Position numbers and translations under genes: made by a program. Below are positions 49,553 through 59,396 of a DNA stretch of 64,000 nt, in pieces; positions within the stretch are counted from its first letter, which is position 1, and every line of letters begins with the position of its first letter. Below the pieces are notes generated by a model. The model ran no database searches and was not told where the DNA came from. It was given only the letters and a program-made list of their open reading frames with translations. The stretch spans positions 1,136-65,135 of the forward strand of contig CAYLXL010000001.1 in the NCBI GenBank assembly GCA_964387745.1, given 5' to 3'. The stretch is from an uncultured Gammaproteobacteria bacterium (GTDB taxonomy: Bacteria; Pseudomonadota; Gammaproteobacteria; JAGOUU01).

Positions 49553-49760
49553 GTATTCTCCTCCATGAGAATAAGCTAGAGTTAGGGGTGGGGCAGGTTA
49601 TTTTTTAAATTATAACGCTATAGTAGGTATATTAGATAGATCTAAAAATAACAATCAGTGCGCTAAAATACTTTAAAAGTTATATTTGCTAGTTAGGTAA
49701 AATTTCTATTTAGAGTCATTTTCGAGTATAATTGCAGTTTTTAACCCCAAAAGGTCACTG

Positions 49761-50957
49761 ATGCAAGCATTTTATAAGAAATTCCCCATAACTTTCCCAG
49801 TTGTCTTAGTCTTTTTAGAAATAATTACATTTCTATCTACAGATATGTATTTACCAGCCCTGCCACAGGTAGGGGAAGATTTTGGTATTGATCAGGATAT
49901 GGTTCAGTATACACAGACTTCTTGGTTCTTAGGATCGATGAGCTTGCAATTACTGCTTGGTCCAATTACGCAAAAATCTGGGCGTAGAAACACAATGATG
50001 GTTGGAATAATGTTGTTTATTCTAGCGAGCTTTTCATGTGCTACTAGTAATAGTATTAATATATTTCTTCTATCTCGGTTTATCCAGGGGACAACAGTCT
50101 GCGTCGTGATTGTAGCCGGCTACGCAACAATTCATGAGTTATATTCAGGGGCTCGTGCGATCCAGATTATGGCAGTAATGGGCTCAGTAACAATTTTAGC
50201 ACCTGCGTTAGGGCCTTTTTTAGGTGCATTAATGATAACTCAAGGTGATTGGCATAATATTTTTGCTTTATTAACTATATGTGCGATGGTTGGGTTATTA
50301 GGAGTGTATTACATTATGCCCTATGACACCGGTAAGTCTCGCGACAAGAATAGTCATTTAGCAGAAAGTATCAAATATTATAGATCAATCTTTAGTAATC
50401 CACGCTTTATGAGTTTTACTTTGATTAATTGTTTTATCATTGTTTGTTTTTTTACTTGGATAGTACAGAGTCCATTCATTATTATTACCACTTATCAGAA
50501 ATCTGAAATATATTTTGGTCTTGTGCAGTTATTAGTTTTTGGTAGCTTTATTTGTGGATCACACACAGCTAAGTATTTAATTAGTAGGATTACAGCACAG
50601 AGATTATGTGATATAGGTATCATCATTATTTGTAGTTCAGTTTTATTATTTACTTTAATGTCATTTCTGCAATTGCATCTTAACTTAATTATTGTTGGTA
50701 TGTTAGGCGTTGCCTTTGGTGCAGCTATGCTATCTGGTATTTGGAATCGATTGGCTATCGAGTCTTGTGAGCAGCCCATGGCGCACCGAGTGGCAGTTTA
50801 TTCTACTATGGTTAGTTTTTTTGCAAGTTTAGGTAGCTATTTAGTTACGCATTTAAATGAGCAAACATTCTTAAGTTTGGCCTTGCTGATGCTAGCTTTT
50901 GTGATTATAGCGGTAAATATCTTTTTTAAAGTCAGAAAAAAAATAAAGCTAGTTTAA
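49761..50957 (+). CDS. MFS transporter (Bcr/CflA-like drug-resistance subfamily)
   Basis: 398 aa, about 12 TM. YLPALPQVGEDFG is typical of the Bcr/CflA N-terminus. Confidence 0.75.
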   Translation: MQAFYKKFPITFPVVLVFLEIITFLSTDMYLPALPQVGEDFGIDQDMVQYTQTSWFLGSMSLQLLLGPITQKSGRRNTMMVGIMLFILASFSCATSNSINIFLLSRFIQGTTVCVVIVAGYATIHELYSGARAIQIMAVMGSVTILAPALGPFLGALMITQGDWHNIFALLTICAMVGLLGVYYIMPYDTGKSRDKNSHLAESIKYYRSIFSNPRFMSFTLINCFIIVCFFTWIVQSPFIIITTYQKSEIYFGLVQLLVFGSFICGSHTAKYLISRITAQRLCDIGIIIICSSVLLFTLMSFLQLHLNLIIVGMLGVAFGAAMLSGIWNRLAIESCEQPMAHRVAVYSTMVSFFASLGSYLVTHLNEQTFLSLALLMLAFVIIAVNIFFKVRKKIKLV

Positions 50958-50982
50958 TCCAGATAGTATTCAGTTGGTTGAT

Positions 50983-52254
50983 CTAGCGACAAGGGCTTGA
51001 GGAACGAGAGCTTGACGGAGTTATTGCAGGTATAAGTGCAGGTGGTGGTGTGCTTGCTCTGCTAGAGCAATCAGCTACTGCAGGACTGTGATATGATGGT
51101 GTTGGCGGACGTGCAGTTGCCCTTGCGTCTAAACCTGATTCTATTAACTCAACGAAGTCACGAGAAGTTAATGTTCTTACCCGGGGGTTGGTAGCGAATA
51201 AAGTTAATAGCCTCCCAGAACAGTCATTGTAACGTTTTACCACGGGTTCTTTTTCAGTGATGTCACTTTCTATTTGTTTGAGTTGCTGCTCTATTTGTCG
51301 TTGAGCCGCGATTTCTTGCGTAACACGCATAATATCTTTTTGTAAAAGCTGTGTCTCACTTGGGCCAACTTTAAATAACACACAATAGACTTGATATTGT
51401 TTCAGTACGGTTAAGGTCATCTGACATAATTGTTTCAAAGTAGATGCTAAAACTATAGCTGCAATAATTAATTTACCTATTACTGCTATACCCATATAGG
51501 CTACAAATGCTTGTGTTGTAATAATCCCCATTCCTATAGCCACAGCAGATCCTAAGAGCACTAGACCAATTGCAAAAAACTTTACAGAGAATTTAAAGAT
51601 TTGAAATAATATATTTAGTAATTTTTGTTTGACAGTGGCTGGACTGTTTGATTGCGTATCAGTTGCCACTGGGGTAACAAGTTTAATTCGTTCTTTTAGA
51701 TCGTTGAGTAATTTATTATATTCTTCATATGCTTCAGTTGTTAAGAGATCTTGATATTTTTTAAGTTGGCCTTCTTGAGAGTTAGAGGAAATAAGTTTTG
51801 AGCAAAGTGCTTCGTTACTTTGTTTTAGTGAGCCGAGCTCTGTTTGTTTATCATTGAGTATTTGCTGTAATTGTCCAAAAGGTGTTTCGCTTGGTGGCGG
51901 TGCTGAATCTCTTTTACGTAAAAGATACTTATTGATAAAACTTTTGCAGCTATCGATAAAATAATAAGCAGTTTTGGACATCGAATCATCGAATTGTACA
52001 TAAAAACAGACGAAAGCAGTGGAAGCTGCAAGCCAACAAAATGGTGTAGTTAAGAAGGTAGGTAGACCTAATATACCAAATAGTAAAGGTATTGCTTTAA
52101 AACTTCCCGTACCGCTAATAATCGCGCCGTTGATGAGGATAGTATGATGCAGTAATTCGGCAAGTAACCATCGAAGATTAACCCAGTTGAAAATACTTTT
52201 AAGATAGGCGATTAAAAGATCAAGGGATCTTTTAGCTCTATTGGGGAATTCCAT
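50983..52254 (-). CDS. hypothetical membrane protein with two bilobed hydrophobic segments, central coiled-coil and Ser/Pro-rich C-terminus (candidate secreted effector or inclusion-membrane-like protein)
   Basis: 423 aa. Hydrophobic hairpins near residues 40-90 and 215-265, and a C-terminal PPTPSYHSPAVADCSSRASTPPPALIPAITPSSSRSSSPCR. Confidence 0.4.
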   Translation of the reverse strand: MEFPNRAKRSLDLLIAYLKSIFNWVNLRWLLAELLHHTILINGAIISGTGSFKAIPLLFGILGLPTFLTTPFCWLAASTAFVCFYVQFDDSMSKTAYYFIDSCKSFINKYLLRKRDSAPPPSETPFGQLQQILNDKQTELGSLKQSNEALCSKLISSNSQEGQLKKYQDLLTTEAYEEYNKLLNDLKERIKLVTPVATDTQSNSPATVKQKLLNILFQIFKFSVKFFAIGLVLLGSAVAIGMGIITTQAFVAYMGIAVIGKLIIAAIVLASTLKQLCQMTLTVLKQYQVYCVLFKVGPSETQLLQKDIMRVTQEIAAQRQIEQQLKQIESDITEKEPVVKRYNDCSGRLLTLFATNPRVRTLTSRDFVELIESGLDARATARPPTPSYHSPAVADCSSRASTPPPALIPAITPSSSRSSSPCR

Positions 52255-52416
52255 ATAAAACCCTAGTTTAACTGCTAGCAGTTTTTCGAAGTTTATCAGC
52301 TTGAAGGCGTAATGTCACCATATTAATGCAAGGATATAGTCCAGGCTAATTTCAGGCGGCATATATATTTATGCACTAAAATATATAGATGGTGATCTAT
52401 AGTTACCCTTAAAAAT

Positions 52417-54942
52417 ATGCGTAAGTCGTTGATAAGAATTTTGATCTTAGTAATTTTTTTTGCTGTTTTATATATCAGCGCTTCATATTATATGGGAGTA
52501 CAAGCAGAACGTAAACTTGCTGCGCTGGCTCGTAGTTATAATTCTGATTTAATAAAAGTCGATGTCAAAACATTCGATAAAGGCATATTTCGTTCAAATG
52601 CAGAATTAGAAGTACAATTCGAAGATTACAACAAATTTAATCTTAACTTAGAATTATTTCACGCACCTATCTTTTTGTACAAAGATACAGAAAATCACAC
52701 AAGATTATATTTTCTAAAAAGCCTAGTTAATATTATGGTTGTTCAAAATTTTTTACAAGAGCAAGTAGAAATTATCAGTAATACATCAGTCATAGATATC
52801 TTACGACCAGTTAATATAGATATCAGATTAACAGGCTTAACAAAGTTGGTCTTTGCAGCTTTTGGCTTAACTAGCCCTAATGTTGAGAATGATGATGCTT
52901 TTATTAATATCAAACTTGAGCCTGAAAAAATAATTTTTCTACTGAGTGGTAAGGCAGTCAATCAAGTATCAAAAAAATACTATATAGACAATTCACAATA
53001 CCAATTATCATTAAAATTACAAAAAACTAAACTTGACAAGCTGGAACCTTCTAAGTGGCAAAGTAAAATCACTGCCAATTTTTTGGCTGATACAGTTAAA
53101 ATTAATCAGGATGAAGATGTTAATAAAGAAATAGCTATACTCCAACCAAATGTGATCATAGCTTATACAGGGTCGATAAGAAATTTATTAGATCTTTATG
53201 CTAAAAAAAGCTTGTGGCTGATTACTAGCGAAATTATCTTGGCAGATCAGTACCAGGATTTTTCTGTCGAGGCCAAAGCTAATAAAATAAATTATAACAA
53301 TAATCTTAAAGATTCTATAAATATAAGCCTTCCGAGTTTTGCTTTTTCGTTAAGAAGTTTTCAAGATAAAATAGAATTCAGCAATAAAGCTGTCATGAGT
53401 AATTTTACGTTCACTAGTAAAACTGATCAGTTATCGAGTGAGAATTTAAATTTTGCTTTGGATTTGGGCATAGATAAAGATGTTTTAATCGATTACGATA
53501 AAGATGAGTTGGTTAATCTTGGAGATATGATAAGTAATGTATTAAACAAGACTTATGAGACAAGTTCTGTGCCATTAGAGATCAAGAAAAACTTTGCTGT
53601 TAATAATTTAGTCGGAGATGGTTTGTTAATAGGGAAATTAAATTTAGATAATTACAATTCAGAATTAATAATTACTAATGATTTAAAAGATAAAGAAAAT
53701 CAATCAACAATTACTTACAATGCTAATTTAGAAAAATTTATTTTGAAAACTGAAGCTTTAAACTCTAATCTCGATGTGTATTTAAAATCCTTGCATACGA
53801 AAAATATTTTCAATATCTCTGAGTATTTGAATTATCTAGCAGGGCAGTCAAATGATGTCTATCATATAGATCTCGAGTCTAAAGTTGATTTACCGCGTAT
53901 TAAATGGATTGCTAATACTTCTAAAGTAGCAATACTAGATTTCAGCTATAATTTTATGTTTAAACTTGATCCTCTAATGAAAGGTTTTTTAAATTCTGAT
54001 AGTAAATTGGCTGTTTTAAATCTTGGTTATAATAATGAAAGTTTATTGTTGAATGGTCTGGGTTATAAATCCGCGATGCAGCAAAGTTATAAACATCTAT
54101 TGACAGGTTTAAATGACTTTCGTATTGATAAAATTAACATCAATTATGATAACAATATATTAAGTCTTGCAAATTTTCAGGTAATTAACAAATCAGATAA
54201 AGTAAATAATAATCTTTCCTATGGTAATAGAATTATCGCTGATAATATAAATCTTAATAATAATGCTCTTGGTTTTATTAAATATAAAGATAGTTATTAT
54301 AATATTAAAGCACAAGAATATTTAGACTTTATCACGCAAGCCTCGGCAACAAACTTAGAAGATTTATTGAAGCCACAGAATGTTAATGAGATAAATTTAA
54401 ATAACACTCAAATAAATCAATTTTTAGCCTCAGGAATGACAGCTGATAATAGTATTTATTTGGGGCAAGCAAAAGAAAGCATAATGCTCATAAATTCATT
54501 GAAAGTTAAACCGAAGTTTAAGTCAAATTCTAAAAAAACAGCAGATGACAGATATGATATCTTATCGCAGTTACAGCTTAATACATCTTTAGTTTTATCA
54601 AAAAATTATACTGATAAATTGATAGAATTAACTAATAATGAACAAGTTAAAGAACAATACTTAACTTGGCAAAAAGTAGGATTAATAGATTTCAGGAATA
54701 ATATTGCCAAGATTAATATTATATATGACCATAATCAGCTGACGCTTAACGGTAGTTTACTAGAAAATTGGAAAGCTAAATACGAGCTTGTAGAGGACGC
54801 TAAGAAATCATCTACATCTGTAGAGCCTGTAGAGCCCGTTGGATTAGACAGTGGTAAAAAAAACCAGAAAAAAGATCTTAACAACACGTTAATTAACAGA
54901 AATGGCAAACTGCCTGATAAAACTAAAATTATTGAGCATTAA
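52417..54942 (+). CDS. large membrane-anchored N/K/D-rich protein, possibly YdgA/DUF945-like
   Basis: 841 aa, single N-terminal TM. The N-terminal region (YYMGVQAERKLAALARSY...GIFRSNAELEV) weakly resembles the DUF945 N-terminus. Confidence 0.35.
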   Translation: MRKSLIRILILVIFFAVLYISASYYMGVQAERKLAALARSYNSDLIKVDVKTFDKGIFRSNAELEVQFEDYNKFNLNLELFHAPIFLYKDTENHTRLYFLKSLVNIMVVQNFLQEQVEIISNTSVIDILRPVNIDIRLTGLTKLVFAAFGLTSPNVENDDAFINIKLEPEKIIFLLSGKAVNQVSKKYYIDNSQYQLSLKLQKTKLDKLEPSKWQSKITANFLADTVKINQDEDVNKEIAILQPNVIIAYTGSIRNLLDLYAKKSLWLITSEIILADQYQDFSVEAKANKINYNNNLKDSINISLPSFAFSLRSFQDKIEFSNKAVMSNFTFTSKTDQLSSENLNFALDLGIDKDVLIDYDKDELVNLGDMISNVLNKTYETSSVPLEIKKNFAVNNLVGDGLLIGKLNLDNYNSELIITNDLKDKENQSTITYNANLEKFILKTEALNSNLDVYLKSLHTKNIFNISEYLNYLAGQSNDVYHIDLESKVDLPRIKWIANTSKVAILDFSYNFMFKLDPLMKGFLNSDSKLAVLNLGYNNESLLLNGLGYKSAMQQSYKHLLTGLNDFRIDKININYDNNILSLANFQVINKSDKVNNNLSYGNRIIADNINLNNNALGFIKYKDSYYNIKAQEYLDFITQASATNLEDLLKPQNVNEINLNNTQINQFLASGMTADNSIYLGQAKESIMLINSLKVKPKFKSNSKKTADDRYDILSQLQLNTSLVLSKNYTDKLIELTNNEQVKEQYLTWQKVGLIDFRNNIAKINIIYDHNQLTLNGSLLENWKAKYELVEDAKKSSTSVEPVEPVGLDSGKKNQKKDLNNTLINRNGKLPDKTKIIEH

Positions 54943-54944
54943 TA

Positions 54945-54972
54945 AAAAAAGGTGGCAAGCCACCTTTATAAA
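54945..54972 (+). terminator. rho-independent terminator
   Basis: aaaaaaaggtggcaagccaccttt hairpin followed by a T-rich run. Confidence 0.6.
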
Positions 54973-55316
54973 TTTCTACTAAGTGAACATCAATGTTCTA
55001 ATATAATTCCAGTTTTACCAATCCTTGGTAAAGGGTAAAGTTTATGTCTACATCCTTGTAGATAACTTCAGGTAAAATCCATTTACCATGGTTCTAATTT
55101 AACAAAAATGGCTAATTTATCAATAACCTATTTGCATAGCTGGGCTAAAATTGCTTAGTTAAAATAGTATAGAAGAGCAATGGTTTAGAAAATAGATTGA
55201 GAATTCATAAGGTTATGCTTGCCTAGGAGTATATGGGTGGTTAATCTCTCAGATTATAACCATCTGTGGCTTACACAATTATAAGAAAATGCTTACAAAG
55301 TAATTTTAGAAAAAAT

Positions 55317-55640
55317 TTATCTTTCTAGAAGGTGGAGCTTGTCTTTGACTTGTTCCCAATCTTTGGCGTCATGAGGGGCTTCAATCATCGAGGTTATTAC
55401 TGGCCACTCTTTGGCTAGATCTGCATTGATAGCAATAAACTGCTGCTGATCAGCAGGGAGATCATCTTCTGAAAAAATAGCTTTTACTGGGCACTCAGGC
55501 TCACAAAGCGCGCAGTCAATACATTCATCTGGGTCGATGACTAAAAAATTAGGGCCCTCATGGAAGCAGTCTACAGGGCAGACTTCAACACAGTCAGTAT
55601 ATTTGCATTTTATGCAACTTTCAGTAATTACAAAGGTCAT
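55317..55640 (-). CDS. fdxA: 7Fe ferredoxin (3Fe-4S / 4Fe-4S)
   Basis: 107 aa. [26 protein letters not shown]...[12 protein letters not shown]. Confidence 0.9.
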   Translation of the reverse strand: MTFVITESCIKCKYTDCVEVCPVDCFHEGPNFLVIDPDECIDCALCEPECPVKAIFSEDDLPADQQQFIAINADLAKEWPVITSMIEAPHDAKDWEQVKDKLHLLER

Positions 55641-55757
55641 ATTAGTTTCACTAGTCTATATAATTCTGCATTTTAACAACTAATCACATTTTGTCTAGCT
55701 TTAGATAAGTAAGCTAATGTATAATTTGTATCACAAGCTTTACTATTTCTTAATATC

Positions 55758-56378
55758 ATGAAAAATGAAGTCATTATTATTGGCATTGCCGGCCCTTCAG
55801 GCTCAGGTAAAAGTTTATTAGCATCGACTATAGTCAACGAACTAGGTTCTAGTAAAGTAGTGGTAATCTCAGAAGATTCTTATTATAAAGACTTAGGCGA
55901 TATGCCAATCAAGGTCCGCAGTGAATTGAACTTTGATCATCCAGACTCTCTGGATCATGAGTTATTAAAACAGCATCTTGCCTTGTTACAGGCTGGCCAG
56001 GGAGTTGCTATCCCCCAATATGATCATTCGAGCCATTCTAGACTCCCCGAAACAAAGTTAATTAGCAATCACACAATCATTGTGCTTGAAGGAATTCTCT
56101 TATTTGTCGAACCAGAGTTGCGAGATCTAATGGATATACGTATATTCATAGATACGCCACTAGACATTTGTTTTATAAGAAGACTAGAAAGAGATATTGT
56201 TGAGCGTCAACGTACTGTAAGTTCAATTATCAAACAATATATTGAAACGGTTCGTCCAATGTACCAGCAATTTATCGAGCCTTCTAAACGACATGCAGAT
56301 ATCATTGTGCCAAAAGGTGGTAAGAACCGCATAGCTATTGATATTATTAAAGCGAAATTGAACGAATTATTAAATTAA
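55758..56378 (+). CDS. udk: uridine kinase
   Basis: 206 aa. P-loop IIGIAGPSGSGKS and the Udk family body. Confidence 0.85.
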   Translation: MKNEVIIIGIAGPSGSGKSLLASTIVNELGSSKVVVISEDSYYKDLGDMPIKVRSELNFDHPDSLDHELLKQHLALLQAGQGVAIPQYDHSSHSRLPETKLISNHTIIVLEGILLFVEPELRDLMDIRIFIDTPLDICFIRRLERDIVERQRTVSSIIKQYIETVRPMYQQFIEPSKRHADIIVPKGGKNRIAIDIIKAKLNELLN

Positions 56379-56402
56379 ATCATCTTATAGGGTTTATATC
56401 GA

Positions 56403-57656
56403 ATGCTAAAACTTCAGGCCATCCTTGGAATATTTGTTTTTTTGGGGTTTTGTTGGTTGGTAAGTAATGACAGAAAAAACATTAATTATAAACAAGTACT
56501 CATTGGGATTGGATTGCAGTTTTTTATAGCGATTATAGTAACCAACTTTGCTTTCATCCAAACATTATTCAATGCGCTCAATAGCGGTATCTTGGCCATC
56601 TGTGATGCCACTAAACACGGTACGTCATTTGTTTTTGGTTATCTAGGTGGTGGTGATACGCCATTTACTGTTGAACAAGGTAAAGAAGGTAAATTATTTA
56701 TTTTAGCGTTGCAATCATTGCCTATGGTGATGGTGATGAGCGCAATTACATCAGTCTTATTTTATTGGCAAGTTATTCCAGCGATTACTAAATTTCTCTC
56801 CAAAATTCTTGAAAAGACTTTAGGTATCGGTGGTGCGCTTGGTTTAAGTTCTGCATCAACTGTATTTTTTGGTACGGATGTTGCCGCTTTACTTATCAAG
56901 CCGCATTTGAAACATATGAGTCGCAGTGAATTATTTACTTTAATGTCATGTGGTATGGCAACGGTTGCTAGTTCTATCATGGTATTGTATACGCAAATTT
57001 TACAGCCAATTTTTCCTAATCAAGGCACAGCATTAGGCCATATTATTATTGCTTCATTTATTAATGTTCCATCAGCTTTAGTAGTCGCATTGATTATGAT
57101 GCCACAAGTAGGTAAGACTACGGGTGGTCATTTAGTGCAGGTTGATAAACCGCACAGTACAATGGATGCAGTTACCCGCGGTGTGAGTGATGGTTTAAAT
57201 ATGTTATTAAATATTACTTCAATGTTAATTGTATTAACGGCATTAGTTTATTTAATTAATATTTGTTTATCGCATGTAGTTATTTATGGTCAAGTAATTA
57301 CACTACAAAAAGTCTTCGGTCTAATTTTTTCACCGATAGCATGGTTGATGGGTATTCCATATCCTGAAATCTCAACAGCAGGTGGTATTATGGGTACGAA
57401 AATTGTTTTAAACGAAATTTTTGCGTATCAAGATCTCATAGCAAATATGGATATCTTATCTTCACATACGCAATTAATTATGGTTTATGCTCTATGCGGT
57501 TTTGCCAATTTTACGAGCGTCGGTATAATTATTGGAGCGCTCGGTATCTTAATACCTGAAAGACGATCTGAAATTGTAAATCTAAGTATGAAAGCAATAG
57601 TATCAGGTGCTTTAGCAAATTGTATAACAGGGACAATAATAGGATTGTTATCATGA
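56403..57656 (+). CDS. nupC: concentrative nucleoside transporter (NupC/CNT family)
   Basis: 417 aa, multi-TM. Location next to udk. CNT-like motifs (GTKIVLNEIFAYQDL). Confidence 0.75.
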   Translation: MLKLQAILGIFVFLGFCWLVSNDRKNINYKQVLIGIGLQFFIAIIVTNFAFIQTLFNALNSGILAICDATKHGTSFVFGYLGGGDTPFTVEQGKEGKLFILALQSLPMVMVMSAITSVLFYWQVIPAITKFLSKILEKTLGIGGALGLSSASTVFFGTDVAALLIKPHLKHMSRSELFTLMSCGMATVASSIMVLYTQILQPIFPNQGTALGHIIIASFINVPSALVVALIMMPQVGKTTGGHLVQVDKPHSTMDAVTRGVSDGLNMLLNITSMLIVLTALVYLINICLSHVVIYGQVITLQKVFGLIFSPIAWLMGIPYPEISTAGGIMGTKIVLNEIFAYQDLIANMDILSSHTQLIMVYALCGFANFTSVGIIIGALGILIPERRSEIVNLSMKAIVSGALANCITGTIIGLLS

Positions 57657-58105
57657 AATCATGGAAGAAAAGATTGAAAAGATTGAAAAGATTGAAAAGA
57701 TTGAAGAGATTAGGCTATTTATCGTTATTATTAATTAATTTTAATTATGTTTATGCTGAAGTTGATGAAGCTTCATCGAACGAATTCCCGGCTACAGTGG
57801 GTACAGTACCTTCTGAACAGCATGAGGGCTTTGTATTAGAGTGGGAAGATGGTAACTGGTCAGACTTTGTTAGACAATTATCAGACGCTACTAATTTTGA
57901 AATGGAATCTGTTGATCTGTTAGGGATGTTTAATTCAGAAAAAGATAATACTGTAGCTGCGCATGATTATCATAAATCGCAAATTTCTAATCAATCAGCT
58001 AAACAAGATGTTGCTTCAAATGCAGAAGAAGTTGTAAATGTTGCAGAAGATCAGGATTGGCGTACGGAAAGAAAGTGGTGGCAGAGGGGAGTGCCAGTAT
58101 TGTAG
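57653..58105 (+). CDS. secreted acidic hypothetical protein with KRLKRLKRLKRL n-region
   Basis: The ATG overlaps the nupC stop (ATGA). MKSWKKRLKRLKRLKRLKRLGYLSLLLINFNYVYA is a signal peptide, and the mature part is acidic. The ORF track start at 57620 lies inside nupC. Confidence 0.45.
   Translation: MKSWKKRLKRLKRLKRLKRLGYLSLLLINFNYVYAEVDEASSNEFPATVGTVPSEQHEGFVLEWEDGNWSDFVRQLSDATNFEMESVDLLGMFNSEKDNTVAAHDYHKSQISNQSAKQDVASNAEEVVNVAEDQDWRTERKWWQRGVPVL
57668..57715 (+). repeat. 12-bp x 4 tandem repeat (aagattgaaaag) encoding (KRL)n
   Basis: Seen directly. Confidence 0.8.
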
Positions 58106-58145
58106 ATGCGGGCCGCGACGCTTTGCATCGCCCCCTTTATAGATA

Positions 58146-58649
58146 TTAGATCAAATTAGCTTTATAAACAAAATCAATCATATTATCAGGTAAATCTTTT
58201 TCTTGTGACTTAGCTGGAATCACGTAATTATCTGTAGCTAAGCAGCTCTCTGGTCTAAATTTATTTTCTAAAGATCCATGATTACACTGCCAGGAGATTT
58301 TATCGTCGATTACTTTGGCTTCTAAGATAATAGTTTTATCAGCTAATACATCATTTTTAGCTTCGCTTTTGTTGAAAGTTAGCACGATGTCGCCGAATTC
58401 ATTGATTTTAAAAGACTGCTTGGCATTACCAGCTGTTATATTTGCTTCAGCATTACTAGTAGGTAGGACACCGTTAGCTTGGTAATAATTAGCTACTGCT
58501 TCTTGAACTTGTTTAGCTGATTCAAGGGCGTGGTTAACTTCTTGTTTATAGATATGCTGTTGATTTACTGACATAGCTATACTGGTTACAGCTATTAATG
58601 ATACAGCTGATTCAACTAGTGCAAACCCACGAGATCTTAACTTACCCAT
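58146..58649 (-). CDS. type IV pilin / pseudopilin-like protein
   Basis: MGKLRSRG|FALVESAVSLIAVTSIAMSV matches a class III (prepilin) leader with the G-F-x-x-x-E motif. It has a C-terminal Cys pair. The start was moved from the track's 58661 to the internal MGKL. Confidence 0.5.
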   Translation of the reverse strand: MGKLRSRGFALVESAVSLIAVTSIAMSVNQQHIYKQEVNHALESAKQVQEAVANYYQANGVLPTSNAEANITAGNAKQSFKINEFGDIVLTFNKSEAKNDVLADKTIILEAKVIDDKISWQCNHGSLENKFRPESCLATDNYVIPAKSQEKDLPDNMIDFVYKANLI

Positions 58650-58854
58650 ATAAATCACCAACTTGTCTTAAATGTCATTTTACATACTCATAAGTATAGC
58701 ATATGGCCCGCATAAATTAATTTTATGGGAAATTAATTTAGTAATGTAATCAACATGTTAACAAGATTGCCAATAATTTTTTTTAATGCGTCTAATTAAT
58801 TGATTTTATAGACGGATTTGAGTTGGTATAATTGGGAATCCAAAGCAACTTAAG

Positions 58855-59385
58855 ATGAATATGTTATTCGAAAAAGACTCTGCAAATAATATTAAATGGT
58901 GTTTATCATTAGCAGATGTACCTGTAACATTAAAAGCTGATTTGTGCGGGCTAATAAGTTTTACAGGATCAATGACTGGACTACTGCAACAAATGGCCGG
59001 TGATAGGCCATTAATCATTAAATTACTAAAGCAGCATATTCGACCTTGCCATTACCTTGAGGCATTAATATTAGAATGTGTAAACAACGCAGCAATCACT
59101 GAACGCATTATCCAAATGACTGTAGACAATAATATTTGGCTTTATGCCAGGAGTTATTTTAGCCCTTATGCTATGGCTTATTTTGGGGAAGCGCTAACAA
59201 ACTTAGGAAATAACTCATTAGGAGTATCGCTAATCAATTCACACCCAAATATGGTAAGAAGCAACTTTGAATATGGTATGCTCGATAAGAACATTGTGCG
59301 GCGCTCTTGCTTTAAATTAAATAATCAAGTGTTGTTTAGTTTAGAAGAGGCTTTTTTACCGCCATTACTGGCTGTTAGAACTTAA
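58855..59385 (+). CDS. ubiC: chorismate pyruvate-lyase
   Basis: 176 aa. C-terminus RRSCFKLNNQVLFSLEEAFLPPLL parallels E. coli UbiC [25 protein letters not shown]. Immediately upstream of ubiA. Confidence 0.7.
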   Translation: MNMLFEKDSANNIKWCLSLADVPVTLKADLCGLISFTGSMTGLLQQMAGDRPLIIKLLKQHIRPCHYLEALILECVNNAAITERIIQMTVDNNIWLYARSYFSPYAMAYFGEALTNLGNNSLGVSLINSHPNMVRSNFEYGMLDKNIVRRSCFKLNNQVLFSLEEAFLPPLLAVRT

Positions 59386-59396
59386 TTATTTCTGAT

